NCBI GenBank assembly: GCA_034722055.1
Contig: JAYENL010000064.1
Span: 1 to 13,005, forward strand
Reading direction: 5' to 3'
Source: Armatimonadota bacterium
GTDB taxonomy: Bacteria; Armatimonadota; Zipacnadia; Zipacnadales; UBA5352
Length of the DNA: 13,005 nt
The position numbers were made by a program, and so were the translations under genes. The notes beneath the pieces were generated by a model, which did no database searches, had not been told where the DNA came from, and saw nothing but the letters and a program-made list of their open reading frames with translations. This document shows positions 1 to 8,341 of the stretch, piece after piece. Position 1 is the stretch's first letter; every line of letters starts with the position of its first letter.

Positions 1-432
1 CAGGCTCTCCACGTCCACCTCGATGAGCAGCCCCTCCATGGTCAGGAAGTAGACGAGACGCCCGGGGTCGTAGAGATGCTCCACCGTGGCCGTCAGGCGG
101 TGCTCCACCAGGGGCTCGATGGTCCGCACCTCGCCGTCGGCGTCGATGATGTGCGGGCCGATGATCATCTGGTCGGTCTGCGGGTGCACCATGCGATTGG
201 CGTAGGTGCCAACCACGCTCTCAGGGCGCTTGCTCATGCGCAGGTCGGGCGTTACCTCATACAGGCCCGTCCCGGAGCCGCTGCCGGGGTTGGAGGGATA
301 GGTGATCATCCACAGCCGGTCGGCCCAGGGCATCAGCGCCCCGATGCCGGACTCGCTGCGCCTGGGCACCAGGTCCGCGGTCACGTGAAGGTGCGGGAAG
401 ACGCCGCTGATGTTGACGGGTCGCTGACTCAT
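1..432 (-). CDS. Conserved hypothetical protein, 5' portion only (runs off the left edge); not in the ORF track
   Basis: ATG at 432-430 overlaps the upstream TGA (ATGA coupling) and the frame is open to position 1. My translation: MSQRPVNISGVFPHLHVTADLVPRRSESGIGALMPWADRLWMITYPSNPGSGSGTGLYEVTPDLRMSKRPESVVGTYANRMVHPQTDQMIIGPHIIDADGEVRTIEPLVEHRLTATVEHLYDPGRLVYFLTMEGLLIEVDVESL... Strong GC3 bias. From recall, the 'ISGxxPHL...G.GA..PWADRLW.ITY' pattern resembles an uncharacterised family in Planctomycetota/Bacteroidota/Verrucomicrobiota. Confidence 0.85.
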   Translation of the reverse strand, partial: MSQRPVNISGVFPHLHVTADLVPRRSESGIGALMPWADRLWMITYPSNPGSGSGTGLYEVTPDLRMSKRPESVVGTYANRMVHPQTDQMIIGPHIIDADGEVRTIEPLVEHRLTATVEHLYDPGRLVYFLTMEGLLIEVDVESL

Positions 433-872
433 TCCGTTCGCCCCTCTAAGGTCGCGATCTCATGGTCGAACAGCGTCGGCTGCTGGGGCGGCCTGCGCAC
501 CACGATCAGTCCCATCAGCGCTGAGACGCCCACTACCGCGCCCAGTAGCGTCAGCAGCGAGCGCCACAGGTCGTCGGGCGGAGGGACGCTGCTGACGATC
601 GTGGCGGTGAGGAAGACCACCGCCAGATCCCACTTGAGCTGCGCCCACCTCGGCCGCAGCAGCAGCGCCTCCTCGCGCTCCCTCACCAGGAGCATGAAAG
701 TCCGAGGGAGGGTCACCGTCAGGAACGCCCCCAGGCAGATGCCGATCCACTGAAGCTGACCCACCTCAGGAGCCACCAGCACCCGCGCCGCCATCAGCGG
801 TGCCAGCACCATCAGCATCCACACCATAAGGATCACCATCAGGCCCCAGTCCATCCGGAATACCGAGCTCAT
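429..872 (-). CDS. Small integral membrane protein (147 aa, about 4 TM helices), function unknown
   Basis: Trimmed from ORF 429..1019. ATG at 872 (MSSVFRMDWGLMVILMVW...) follows a GGAGGG RBS and lies just downstream of the GH78 stop. Four hydrophobic stretches. The stop overlaps the next start (ATGA). Confidence 0.75.
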   Translation of the reverse strand: MSSVFRMDWGLMVILMVWMLMVLAPLMAARVLVAPEVGQLQWIGICLGAFLTVTLPRTFMLLVREREEALLLRPRWAQLKWDLAVVFLTATIVSSVPPPDDLWRSLLTLLGAVVGVSALMGLIVVRRPPQQPTLFDHEIATLEGRTE

Positions 873-903
873 GCACGCGTCCCTCCGGTCAGGCACATCT
901 GGT

Positions 904-3783
904 TCAGTATCGCTTCGCCTCGATGCTCGCCCGGCCGCCGTCGGCCAGCCGCACCTTCCACAGCCCCGCGGCTCGCACCACGTCCTGCACGCCCTCGCCG
1001 GCGACCTCGGGCTGCGCATACTCCTCGGTCTCGCAGGGCAGGATCACCGCCGCGCGCACTCCCGCGGGCAGGTCCACTTCGATCGCGAAGCGCTCGTCGT
1101 CACGCTCCCACGCCACCTCGATCTCCCCGTGAGGCGTGGGCATGCGCCCCTCGCACCACTGAAGGTCGAGCGGGATCGGCGCGATGATCGCCCGCTCGAA
1201 GCCCGGCAGCGCCGGCTCCACACCGAGCTGGTAGCGGTGCAGGAAGTACAGCGGCCCGCCCGACCAGGCGTGGCAGCGCGAGCGCGTGCGCTCATCGCCG
1301 AACATCTCCCAGGCGGTGGTCGCGCCGTGCCGGAGCATCTCCCCCCATCGCTCTCGCGTCCAGTCTGCGATCAGCTCGTACAGCCCCAGCTTCGCCAGCG
1401 CCTCGAAGGAGAAGAACGCGAAGAAGGGGCTGCCCATGGTCACGAAGTCCGCCGGCGGGGCGTAGACGTGGCGCTTGACAGACTGGAGTCGGTCTTCGAG
1501 CACCGCCTGGCAGAGGTAGCAGACCGTCTGCGTCTGCTGGCTGAACACCTCCGAGCGGGTGCCGTCATCGTGGATGCTGTCGATGTAGGCCTGCACGTCA
1601 TCGTCCCAGAGGTGCTCGTTGATCGCGTCGATGAGCTCCGGGACAGCGTCCGCGAACGCCTCGGCGTCATCGTCCTCGCCCAGCAGCTCCGCCATCTCTG
1701 CCCCCCGCCGCAACGCCTCCACCAACCAGGCGTTCTGATGCGTCACCACGCCCCGGTTCGGCGTGTCCATCGGCGCCCAGTCGATCATATTCCAGGCCTC
1801 GATCTCCAGCAGACCCTGCGCGTTGCGCATGCCCAGGAAGTTATGCAGCGCCTCCGACACGCGCGGGTAGATCTCTCGCTGGAACTGCAGATCGGCGTCG
1901 TAGAGGTAGACCTCCTCGCAGCCGAGCACCCACAGCTCCGCCCACGCGGTAAGGATGCCCTCATCCCCCGACGGCACTCGGGACTCGGGCACCGGGGAGC
2001 GGAACATCGACTGCGCCGCCAGCCGCCAGCAGCGCTTGGCGAACTCGTAGGTGCCGAAGGCCGCGTAGCCGATCAGCGCCTCGTTGCGCGCATCGCCCAC
2101 CCACAGTGCCTGCTCGTAGAGCGGGCAGTCCACGAAGGTGTCCTCCATGCAGCAGCGCTCGGTGTGCCGACACATCTCCCAGATGCGGTTCAGCAGCGCA
2201 TCGGAGCAGTGGAAGCTCCCCCGCCGGGGCACCGGCAGGGAGTGCAGCAGCACGCGCACCGTCCGGAGCTGCAGCGCCTCGGACAGGCCGCGGACGGTCA
2301 GCAGCATGTAGCGCAGGCCGCGGCGGTGCGGGCTCTGGAAGCGCTGCCAGCCCTCGCGCGTGACGTAGCGCAGCCCTGCATCAATGCGCGTCCACTGCGG
2401 CTCGCCCCCGCGGAAGGCCTCGAAGCCGTAGAAGTCCAGGACCGCCCCGGCCGGCGCCCGCACCTCGAACTCCAGCAGCCCCGAAACCTCCCGGCCGAAG
2501 TCGATGAGGATCTCGCTGTCGCCGGCGGCGTTCGGGTGGATGGCGGTGGCCTCCGCGTTCTCGGCGCAGAGCGCCTGAGGGTCATCGATGGCCGGTGCCG
2601 GCGCGTCCAGCGCCACTGCGTGCTGCGTCATCAGGCCGTTGTGCGCGTCCGTGAAGTGCTCCGGTCGCAGCGCCTCGAACTCCGGCGGGCCCTCGCGCAA
2701 CTGCTCGACCGTCTCGTGCGCCAGCGCCATGGCGGCGAGCTGATCGGCCTCGGCTTCATCCTCGGCATCCAGCACCCAGACGGCCACCGGCGTCTCGCCC
2801 CCCGGTAGCGGCGACGCCACCTCCAACGGTAGCTCAGAATCCAGGCCCAAGGTCACCGTCCCGTAGGTGCGCGTGAGGCCGGTGTCCAGCACCAGCAGGT
2901 TCTCGCCCTCGCGGAGGTCAAGCTCCAGCGACTGCCAGCGGTCCTCAAGCTCTACGGGCTGGCCGTTCAGGCCCACTGCGCGCAGGCCCAGGCGCCCGTA
3001 GGGCAGCAACGTGACGGTGCAGTCCTCCGGCGCGGTGATGACCACCGCCAGGAGCGCCACGATGCGGTCGGCGATCTCGCCCGGCGGGAGGGAGGCGTAC
3101 AGACTGGCGTCCAGCACCTGTCGCGGCGGCCGGACCGTCTGTGCGCTCACCACGCGAGCGGGGTAGGCCGGATCCTCGGTCAGGAAGGGGATCTCGCGTG
3201 GGGACATCCCGGTCCACGGCTCAACCCCGGCGGGGCCGATCTCGGCGGCCCGCTGCCAGGCGCCGTCATCGAAGTCCGCCTCGGTCCAGCCCAGCAGGTC
3301 ATCGCGGGCGTCGAACTGCTCCGCCCAGCCCATCTGCAGCGCCGCCCGCGGCGTGGGCCGCCGCCAGCCGGTGTGCCGCGTGACGCGCCAGGAGGCGTCG
3401 GAGATCAGCAGCTCCCGGCCGTCGGCCTCCAGCCGGCAGATCAGCCCGCCGCGCCCCGGCATGTACTGGTAGGTGGAGATGCCGATGTGGTGCACCAGCA
3501 CCGCGATGACGTTTTCGCCCGCGCGGAGGTGGCGGGCGACCTCGTGGCTGTCGTACTGCTGATCGAAGGGCCAGCAGCGGTTCGGGCCGCGGCCGACCGT
3601 CTGACCGTTGATGTGCAGCACATACCGGCTGTCGGCCGAGATGTGCAGCATGGCCTGTTCGGGCACGTCGTCAAGCTGGAAGGCGCGTCGGGCTGCGAGG
3701 TAGTAGTTCATCGGTGACGCTTCGCCTGGCGGCGCACCCGCACCGCTCGCCCAGATCCACCGGGCGTCGGCGAAGTGACTCAT
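904..3783 (-). CDS. Glycoside hydrolase family 78 (alpha-L-rhamnosidase-like), 959 aa
   Basis: N-terminal 'HISADSRYVLHINGQTVGRGP' (Bac_rhamnosid_N-like), 'ILIDFGREVSG', 'GSFHCSDALLNRIW', acid motif 'DTFVDCPLYEQALWVGD', base motif 'GATTAWEMF...SRCHAWSGGP', C-terminal 'PTPHGEIEVAW'. No obvious signal peptide. Confidence 0.92.
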   Translation of the reverse strand: MSHFADARWIWASGAGAPPGEASPMNYYLAARRAFQLDDVPEQAMLHISADSRYVLHINGQTVGRGPNRCWPFDQQYDSHEVARHLRAGENVIAVLVHHIGISTYQYMPGRGGLICRLEADGRELLISDASWRVTRHTGWRRPTPRAALQMGWAEQFDARDDLLGWTEADFDDGAWQRAAEIGPAGVEPWTGMSPREIPFLTEDPAYPARVVSAQTVRPPRQVLDASLYASLPPGEIADRIVALLAVVITAPEDCTVTLLPYGRLGLRAVGLNGQPVELEDRWQSLELDLREGENLLVLDTGLTRTYGTVTLGLDSELPLEVASPLPGGETPVAVWVLDAEDEAEADQLAAMALAHETVEQLREGPPEFEALRPEHFTDAHNGLMTQHAVALDAPAPAIDDPQALCAENAEATAIHPNAAGDSEILIDFGREVSGLLEFEVRAPAGAVLDFYGFEAFRGGEPQWTRIDAGLRYVTREGWQRFQSPHRRGLRYMLLTVRGLSEALQLRTVRVLLHSLPVPRRGSFHCSDALLNRIWEMCRHTERCCMEDTFVDCPLYEQALWVGDARNEALIGYAAFGTYEFAKRCWRLAAQSMFRSPVPESRVPSGDEGILTAWAELWVLGCEEVYLYDADLQFQREIYPRVSEALHNFLGMRNAQGLLEIEAWNMIDWAPMDTPNRGVVTHQNAWLVEALRRGAEMAELLGEDDDAEAFADAVPELIDAINEHLWDDDVQAYIDSIHDDGTRSEVFSQQTQTVCYLCQAVLEDRLQSVKRHVYAPPADFVTMGSPFFAFFSFEALAKLGLYELIADWTRERWGEMLRHGATTAWEMFGDERTRSRCHAWSGGPLYFLHRYQLGVEPALPGFERAIIAPIPLDLQWCEGRMPTPHGEIEVAWERDDERFAIEVDLPAGVRAAVILPCETEEYAQPEVAGEGVQDVVRAAGLWKVRLADGGRASIEAKRY

Positions 3784-3832
3784 AGCGATCAGTCCCTGCC
3801 TGTTGCCTGGTGCGGGGACTTGCTATATGCGA

Positions 3833-3861
3833 CGCGGCGGGGCGGGACTCCTCCCGCCGCG
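3833..3861. other. GC-rich intergenic hairpin between the large GH-like gene and GH78 (possible mRNA stability or weak termination element)
   Basis: CGCGGCGGG (3833-3841) is complementary to CCCGCCGCG (3853-3861). An alternative stem GGCGGGA/TCCCGCC exists. No U-tract. Confidence 0.35.
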
Positions 3862-3885
3862 CCGAAACCGCCGCAAAGTGTCCGC

Positions 3886-6800
3886 TCAGCGGCCGACGAT
3901 GTAGTCCACCGTCTCCGCGTCCGACTGGATGCGGATCATGCCTCCGTCGATCGATGGGCTGGCGTCTGTGGGCTGCGCCGCGAGGTCCCGGCCCAGCACC
4001 CGCCCGGCGTCCGCCAGCTCCGGTGCAAGCTGGCCCAGGTCGATGCTCAGCTCGCGCGTGCCGCGGTCGTCGGGGATGCCCGTCACCCGGCGGTCGTAGT
4101 GGAAGGAATACTCCTCTCCCGGCGCGACCTCCCACACGCCCAGGTTGCCGCAGGGGATGATCCGCAGGCCGTCGTCCTCGCGATGGATCAGCGCCGCGCC
4201 ATCCACCGTCACGCCGCCGTAGGACGCCCGCTCGCCGCCGGAGCTGAGGTAGACGTAGTCCGGGCAGTCCACGTAGTCCACGCGCCGGCCGTCGCGGAGC
4301 GCGCTGAAGGCCTCGAGCTCACCCGGCTTGACCGCCGCCCAGCCCATCGGCGGCAGCGTGTACTCCTCCCCGGCGACCTCCACCGTCCACGGCTCCTCGC
4401 GGTTGTAGTTGACGCACACGATCAGCCCCCGCGAATAGCTCACACGGATGCGGCCGATGTCGAGCATCTCCCGCCGGATCGCCTCGCTGGTGGAGACGAA
4501 GCGCTCGCCGTCATGGCGCTCGATGGAGGTCACCGTGTCGGTCAGCCACTCCCGCTGGGGGCCCGCCAGCATGGCGTAGTAGTGGATCATGCGGTGCAGC
4601 GGCGGGAAGTAGCCGTAGCCGAGGATCGCCGAGTGGCCGTGGGCGATCGTCGCCGCCAGGTACTGGTAGTAGTCCGCCGGCGGCACCGGCCCTCCCGGAT
4701 CGCCGTAGATCTCGCCCAGGTTCTCCTCCCCGAAGAACGGGCGGGGGGTGTAGCCCATGCCGGTCCCGATCTGCTTCGGATGGATCTTAAGCAGGTCGAA
4801 GTCGGGCAGGATGTCGCGCTGGGCGGGCAGCACCGTGCGTATCGGCCAGGTGGCGTAGTCCATGTCGCTGAGGCCCGCGTAGAGCCAGCGGTAGATGCCC
4901 TCCGAGCAGATGATGGCGTCGTGGGTGTCGCGCACGGCCAGGATAGCCTCGCCGTTGAGCTGCGCCTGCGCCGGCCCCGATCCAGCCCCCGGCACGCCGG
5001 CCTCGTAATCGCGCGCGGTCAGCGACTGGTTGGTGTGCGTGTCCATGTAGACCGCGTCGATGGGCACGCGCTCCTCCAGCCGCTCGCCGTTGCGCCTCGC
5101 CAGCATCGTCATCGCCACAGGCTTGGTGGCGTAGTGGCCCGCCCAGGAGGTCTGCCAGTCGCCCCCCGGCGTCAGCGACAGCAGGTCCGGGTCCCAGAAC
5201 TCGTTCATGGGGAAGAAGTCGCGATACTCCAGCAGCACCCCGAAGCGGTAGCCCAGCGAGCGCACCTCGTCCGCGTACTGGCGCATCTGCTCGACGCTCA
5301 TCTCCGGCCGGGGGCGATTGCGCATGCTGAAGCCCTCGCCGGCCCGCCGCCACCACATGCCCCCGAAGTGCATGGCGATGACCTGCTCGATCCCGTAGCG
5401 CGCCATCGTCCGCCACATCTCCGGCGTCGGCCCCCCGCCCATGACGTACATGAACCGCGCCGCCTCGTCGATGCTCTGCGCGCGCGGATTGGGCACGTTG
5501 GGCAGCACCTGCTCGAACTCCGGCGCGACGGTGACGATGATCCGGTCATGCAGGTCCCGCCGCCTCCCGTCGGTGAGCTTCTGGTAGATGGAGCCGCCGT
5601 TGACCGCGACGCCTCCCTCCGCGGTGGGATCGGGAGTGACCTCAGAGACCGAGAAGTCGCAGTTGGGCCAGTCGTAGAGCGCGCTCACGAAGACGTCCTC
5701 GGTGTACGCCACCAGCGGGCCCGGCGGCGTGCCCATCTGCAGGCAGGGCACCTCGGTCGTCTTCATGGCTTCGCCGGACACCACGCCGAACCGCGTCCCG
5801 ACGGCGTCGCCGTCGGCGCAGCGCACGTCCATCACCAGCGTGGCGCCCCGGATGCGGTAGTCGATCGAGAACTCCGCCTCGACTCCCTCCGCGGCAAAGC
5901 GCCAGCGCGTCCTGAGCGTCTCGCCCTCCGTTGTGCGCTCAAGCAACTCGCAGTTCTCCGCACTGGCCAGCACCGGCCCAGCGGGCGTGTCGAAGAGAAT
6001 ACCGCCACCATGCAGCGGCGCGAGGGCAGTCGGGCGTCCCCCGCCTTGCCACTCGAACTTGCACGGCACCCCGAAGGGCCCGCGCTCCTCCAGGTCCAGG
6101 AAGTAGAAGAGCGCCCACTCGTCGGTGCGGCAGGCCAGTTCCCTGATCTCGGCCGGCGCCGCGGAACTGCGCGCCCCCTCCGGCGGCGTGGGCAGCATCG
6201 CGTCCTCGCCCGTGGGGAAGGCCGGATCGGCCGGGCGCGGAGTCTGCGCGTAGGGCTCGCGGGCCTGCTGGTAGAAGGCCACCGACTCCAGCCACAGCCG
6301 GCACGGCTCCTCGCGGTTGCAGCGATCCAGCAGCAGCCCCACGAAGCGCGCGGGAGAGGCGATCCGCTCCCGCTGGCGCGCGCTCAGCGCCGCGTGCGAG
6401 ACGTACCAGTAGTACGCGCGCAGGTGGCCCATGGGGATCTCGTGGCGGCGCCCCTCGGCATCCTCCACCACCGCCACGGGCATGATCGGCCGGGGGACGT
6501 GCAGCGCCCCGCAGTCCACGTACGCCCACAGGTCGATGGCATCCCAGCCGCCCGGGAGGTCGATGGGCTCCGGCGGCTCAAGCTCCAGGATGCTGTTGGC
6601 CTCCCCGCCCTCGCAGCGCACCAGGAGACCCTGCGTCCTCCACGCCGTGTGCTGCCGCGACGCCGCCAGCTCCACCTGCGCGTCGCCCCGGACGTACGCC
6701 GTCCAGCCCGACAGGTCCTCGAAGGTCACCTGCGGCTCCGGCGTCTCCGGCCTGCCCGACCACTGCAGCTCGTAGGGCACCTCGCCCTCCGGCGCATCGG

Positions 6801-7458
6801 CGGGAAGCTCAGCCTCGATGGGCACCTGCCGGCGCTCGGCCATGGCCCCGATGACCTCCCGGCGCATCCGCTCCACCTCCTCGCGGCGCATGGCCGCCAC
6901 CCACACGTCGCTGATCACCAGCGGCGCCGGCTTGCCGAGGACCGCCGGGATGCTCTTCATGGCGTACTCCACCGCCACCGTCAGCGGCTCGCCCGGCCGC
7001 ACGAAGTCAGTGATCTCCCACAGGTAGTCGAAGTCCTCCTCGGCGTCGGTGAGGTCGCCCTCGTAGTCGGGGGCGAAGAGCGCCATCCAGGCCCGGTGGT
7101 GGCGCGAGTACCACTCGAAGTGATACTCGGTGCCCAGCAGGTCGAAGGCCGGGGGCTTGTTCAGCAGCCGCGGCGCGCTGATGGCCTCATCCAGCAGGGC
7201 GTCGTTGAGCAGCACCCGCAGCGCCCAGTTGCACCCGCCCCCGGGATCGACGTGCAGCCGGGCCCGCATGTGCATCACCAGCCGCTCCTCCGGCCCGGCC
7301 TCGGGAGCGGTCACCGTGCTCCGCCACACCTCCTCCGTGGACAGCCGCGCCTCCTCTTCCCGGATCATGACCGGCTCCCCGGAGAGAGGATACTGCTCCT
7401 GGGCGGCGCAGCCGGCGGCGATGAGGCTGGCTGCCGCGATCAGAGCTGCTCTGCTCAT
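3886..7458 (-). CDS. Large exported, probably lipoprotein, putative glycoside hydrolase, 1190 aa; C-terminal half GH129/GH101/DUF5696-like
   Basis: Trimmed from ORF 3886..7650. ATG at 7458 has a GGAGGT RBS. The N-terminus MSRAALIAAASLIAAG-C resembles a signal peptide with lipobox. Motifs 'MRQYADEVRSLGYRFGVLLEYRDFFP', 'AVYMDTHTN' and 'IICSEG' recall the TIM barrel of GH101/GH129-related proteins. The CDS is secure; the family call is tentative. Confidence 0.8.
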   Translation of the reverse strand: MSRAALIAAASLIAAGCAAQEQYPLSGEPVMIREEEARLSTEEVWRSTVTAPEAGPEERLVMHMRARLHVDPGGGCNWALRVLLNDALLDEAISAPRLLNKPPAFDLLGTEYHFEWYSRHHRAWMALFAPDYEGDLTDAEEDFDYLWEITDFVRPGEPLTVAVEYAMKSIPAVLGKPAPLVISDVWVAAMRREEVERMRREVIGAMAERRQVPIEAELPADAPEGEVPYELQWSGRPETPEPQVTFEDLSGWTAYVRGDAQVELAASRQHTAWRTQGLLVRCEGGEANSILELEPPEPIDLPGGWDAIDLWAYVDCGALHVPRPIMPVAVVEDAEGRRHEIPMGHLRAYYWYVSHAALSARQRERIASPARFVGLLLDRCNREEPCRLWLESVAFYQQAREPYAQTPRPADPAFPTGEDAMLPTPPEGARSSAAPAEIRELACRTDEWALFYFLDLEERGPFGVPCKFEWQGGGRPTALAPLHGGGILFDTPAGPVLASAENCELLERTTEGETLRTRWRFAAEGVEAEFSIDYRIRGATLVMDVRCADGDAVGTRFGVVSGEAMKTTEVPCLQMGTPPGPLVAYTEDVFVSALYDWPNCDFSVSEVTPDPTAEGGVAVNGGSIYQKLTDGRRRDLHDRIIVTVAPEFEQVLPNVPNPRAQSIDEAARFMYVMGGGPTPEMWRTMARYGIEQVIAMHFGGMWWRRAGEGFSMRNRPRPEMSVEQMRQYADEVRSLGYRFGVLLEYRDFFPMNEFWDPDLLSLTPGGDWQTSWAGHYATKPVAMTMLARRNGERLEERVPIDAVYMDTHTNQSLTARDYEAGVPGAGSGPAQAQLNGEAILAVRDTHDAIICSEGIYRWLYAGLSDMDYATWPIRTVLPAQRDILPDFDLLKIHPKQIGTGMGYTPRPFFGEENLGEIYGDPGGPVPPADYYQYLAATIAHGHSAILGYGYFPPLHRMIHYYAMLAGPQREWLTDTVTSIERHDGERFVSTSEAIRREMLDIGRIRVSYSRGLIVCVNYNREEPWTVEVAGEEYTLPPMGWAAVKPGELEAFSALRDGRRVDYVDCPDYVYLSSGGERASYGGVTVDGAALIHREDDGLRIIPCGNLGVWEVAPGEEYSFHYDRRVTGIPDDRGTRELSIDLGQLAPELADAGRVLGRDLAAQPTDASPSIDGGMIRIQSDAETVDYIVGR

Positions 7459-7546
7459 GGCACACCTCCGCGGCCAGGTCGATCGTCCCGTGCCTGAGAG
7501 TTGGCCGGGGGCGTGCTGGCATCCTCCCTCGGCGCACGGAGGGCGG

Positions 7547-7579
7547 AAAAGAGAAAGGGGCCGGCCCAGGGCCGGCCCC
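7547..7579 (-). terminator. Rho-independent terminator downstream of the prepilin-like gene
   Basis: The minus strand reads GGGGCCGGCC-CTG-GGCCGGCCCC followed by TTTCTCTTTT, beginning 45 nt after the stop at 7625. Confidence 0.85.
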
Positions 7580-8225
7580 GGAGCACTGCCGCGGGCGGGT
7601 GCGCGTGCGGCTGTTCGCCGCACATCACGGCGACAGGGCGCTGTCGTCATCCCAGAACAGGATGGAGGTGTTCTCGGTGTAGCTCCACGTCCCCTTCAGG
7701 TGCGCCTCCGAGTACCACTTCGCATGACCGTCGGCCATGCCCGCGTTCATGCCATCGTTGTGGCGACCGAAGGCAGCGGTGTCGTAGCCCCACGGCGCCG
7801 AGGTCCCCAGCAGTGTGAGGCAGCCGTGGTTGCTGGTCCCGATCTCCGTGATCTCTCCGAAGGCCATGAGCTCGGCCGGGTGCTTGATCATCGACAGCGG
7901 AATCCCACCCCCGTAGACGTTGTGGTTCGACCCGGTGAGGTGGTAGTAGCCCCACTGGTAGGGCTGGGAGTAGCCCCGCACCAGGTTCGGCTGGCTGGGA
8001 CAGCGGAGTATGTCGTCATTCTTGATATACGGTGTAAGCGTGTTGTACCAGCGGGAGATCTCCGGCGTGGTGTAGTCCATGTTCAGCGGAGTCAGCTCGT
8101 CGTAGTCCTGGCAGTACATGTGGAAGGCCAGCATGAGCTGCTTCATGTTGGACAGACAGGCGGTCTGGCGCGCCTTCTCGCGAGCCCTAGCAAACACCGG
8201 GAACAGGATCGCCGCCAGGATCGCG

Positions 8226-8246
8226 ATGATGTGACCGCTGAAAAAG
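8226..8246 (+). repeat. Left inverted repeat ATGATGTGACCGCTGAAAAAG
   Basis: Exact reverse complement of 8321-8341. Confidence 0.97.
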
Positions 8247-8320
8247 GTGGATTGGGAAGAATGTGATCCACGCAGCGCCCTGAGGATCGCCACAGCGCCG
8301 CGCCGATATTCAGTTTCCGG

Positions 8321-8341
8321 CTTTTTCAGCGGTCACATCAT
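8321..8341 (-). repeat. Right inverted repeat (+ strand CTTTTTCAGCGGTCACATCAT); contains the in-frame TGA
   Basis: Exact reverse complement of 8226-8246. Confidence 0.97.

Larger units (their letters stand above)
8226..8341. mobile_element. Miniature inverted-repeat insertion (MITE-like, non-autonomous) inside the prepilin-like gene; net +111 bp
   Basis: Perfect 21-bp IRs around a 74-bp spacer, with no transposase. Removing 111 bp restores the canonical GTG ATC GCC ATC ATC GCG ATC CTG (VIAIIAIL). From recall, the GACCGCTGAAAAAG...CTTTTTCAGCGGTC ends resemble IS5/IS1182-type TIRs. Exact ends are ambiguous (core 8231-8336). Confidence 0.8.

Noticed and set aside
871..2808. 645-aa plus-strand ORF (also 76..753)
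   Set aside because: Antisense shadows of GH78 and the left-edge genes, with no RBS or recognisable domain.
3775..7497. 1240-aa plus-strand ORF
   Set aside because: Antisense shadow of the real minus-strand gene. Arg/His/Ala-rich with no motifs, as expected from strong GC3 bias.
7625..8293. ORF-track start at 8293 (MAILRALRGSHSS...) as the native gene start
   Set aside because: This GTG lies inside the insertion. The native start is ATG 8386, with an RBS and the GFTLIELL motif.
8333..8335. In-frame TGA as selenocysteine or genetic-code reassignment
   Set aside because: TGA is the normal stop for most genes in this window, the codon belongs to the inserted IR, and it does not align to a Cys or Trp position.
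8226..8341. T4 gene 60-type ribosomal hop or self-splicing intron
   Set aside because: No matched in-frame take-off/landing codon pair (AUG before the stop, AUC after the insert), and it is far too short for a group I or II intron core. Kept only as low-probability speculation.
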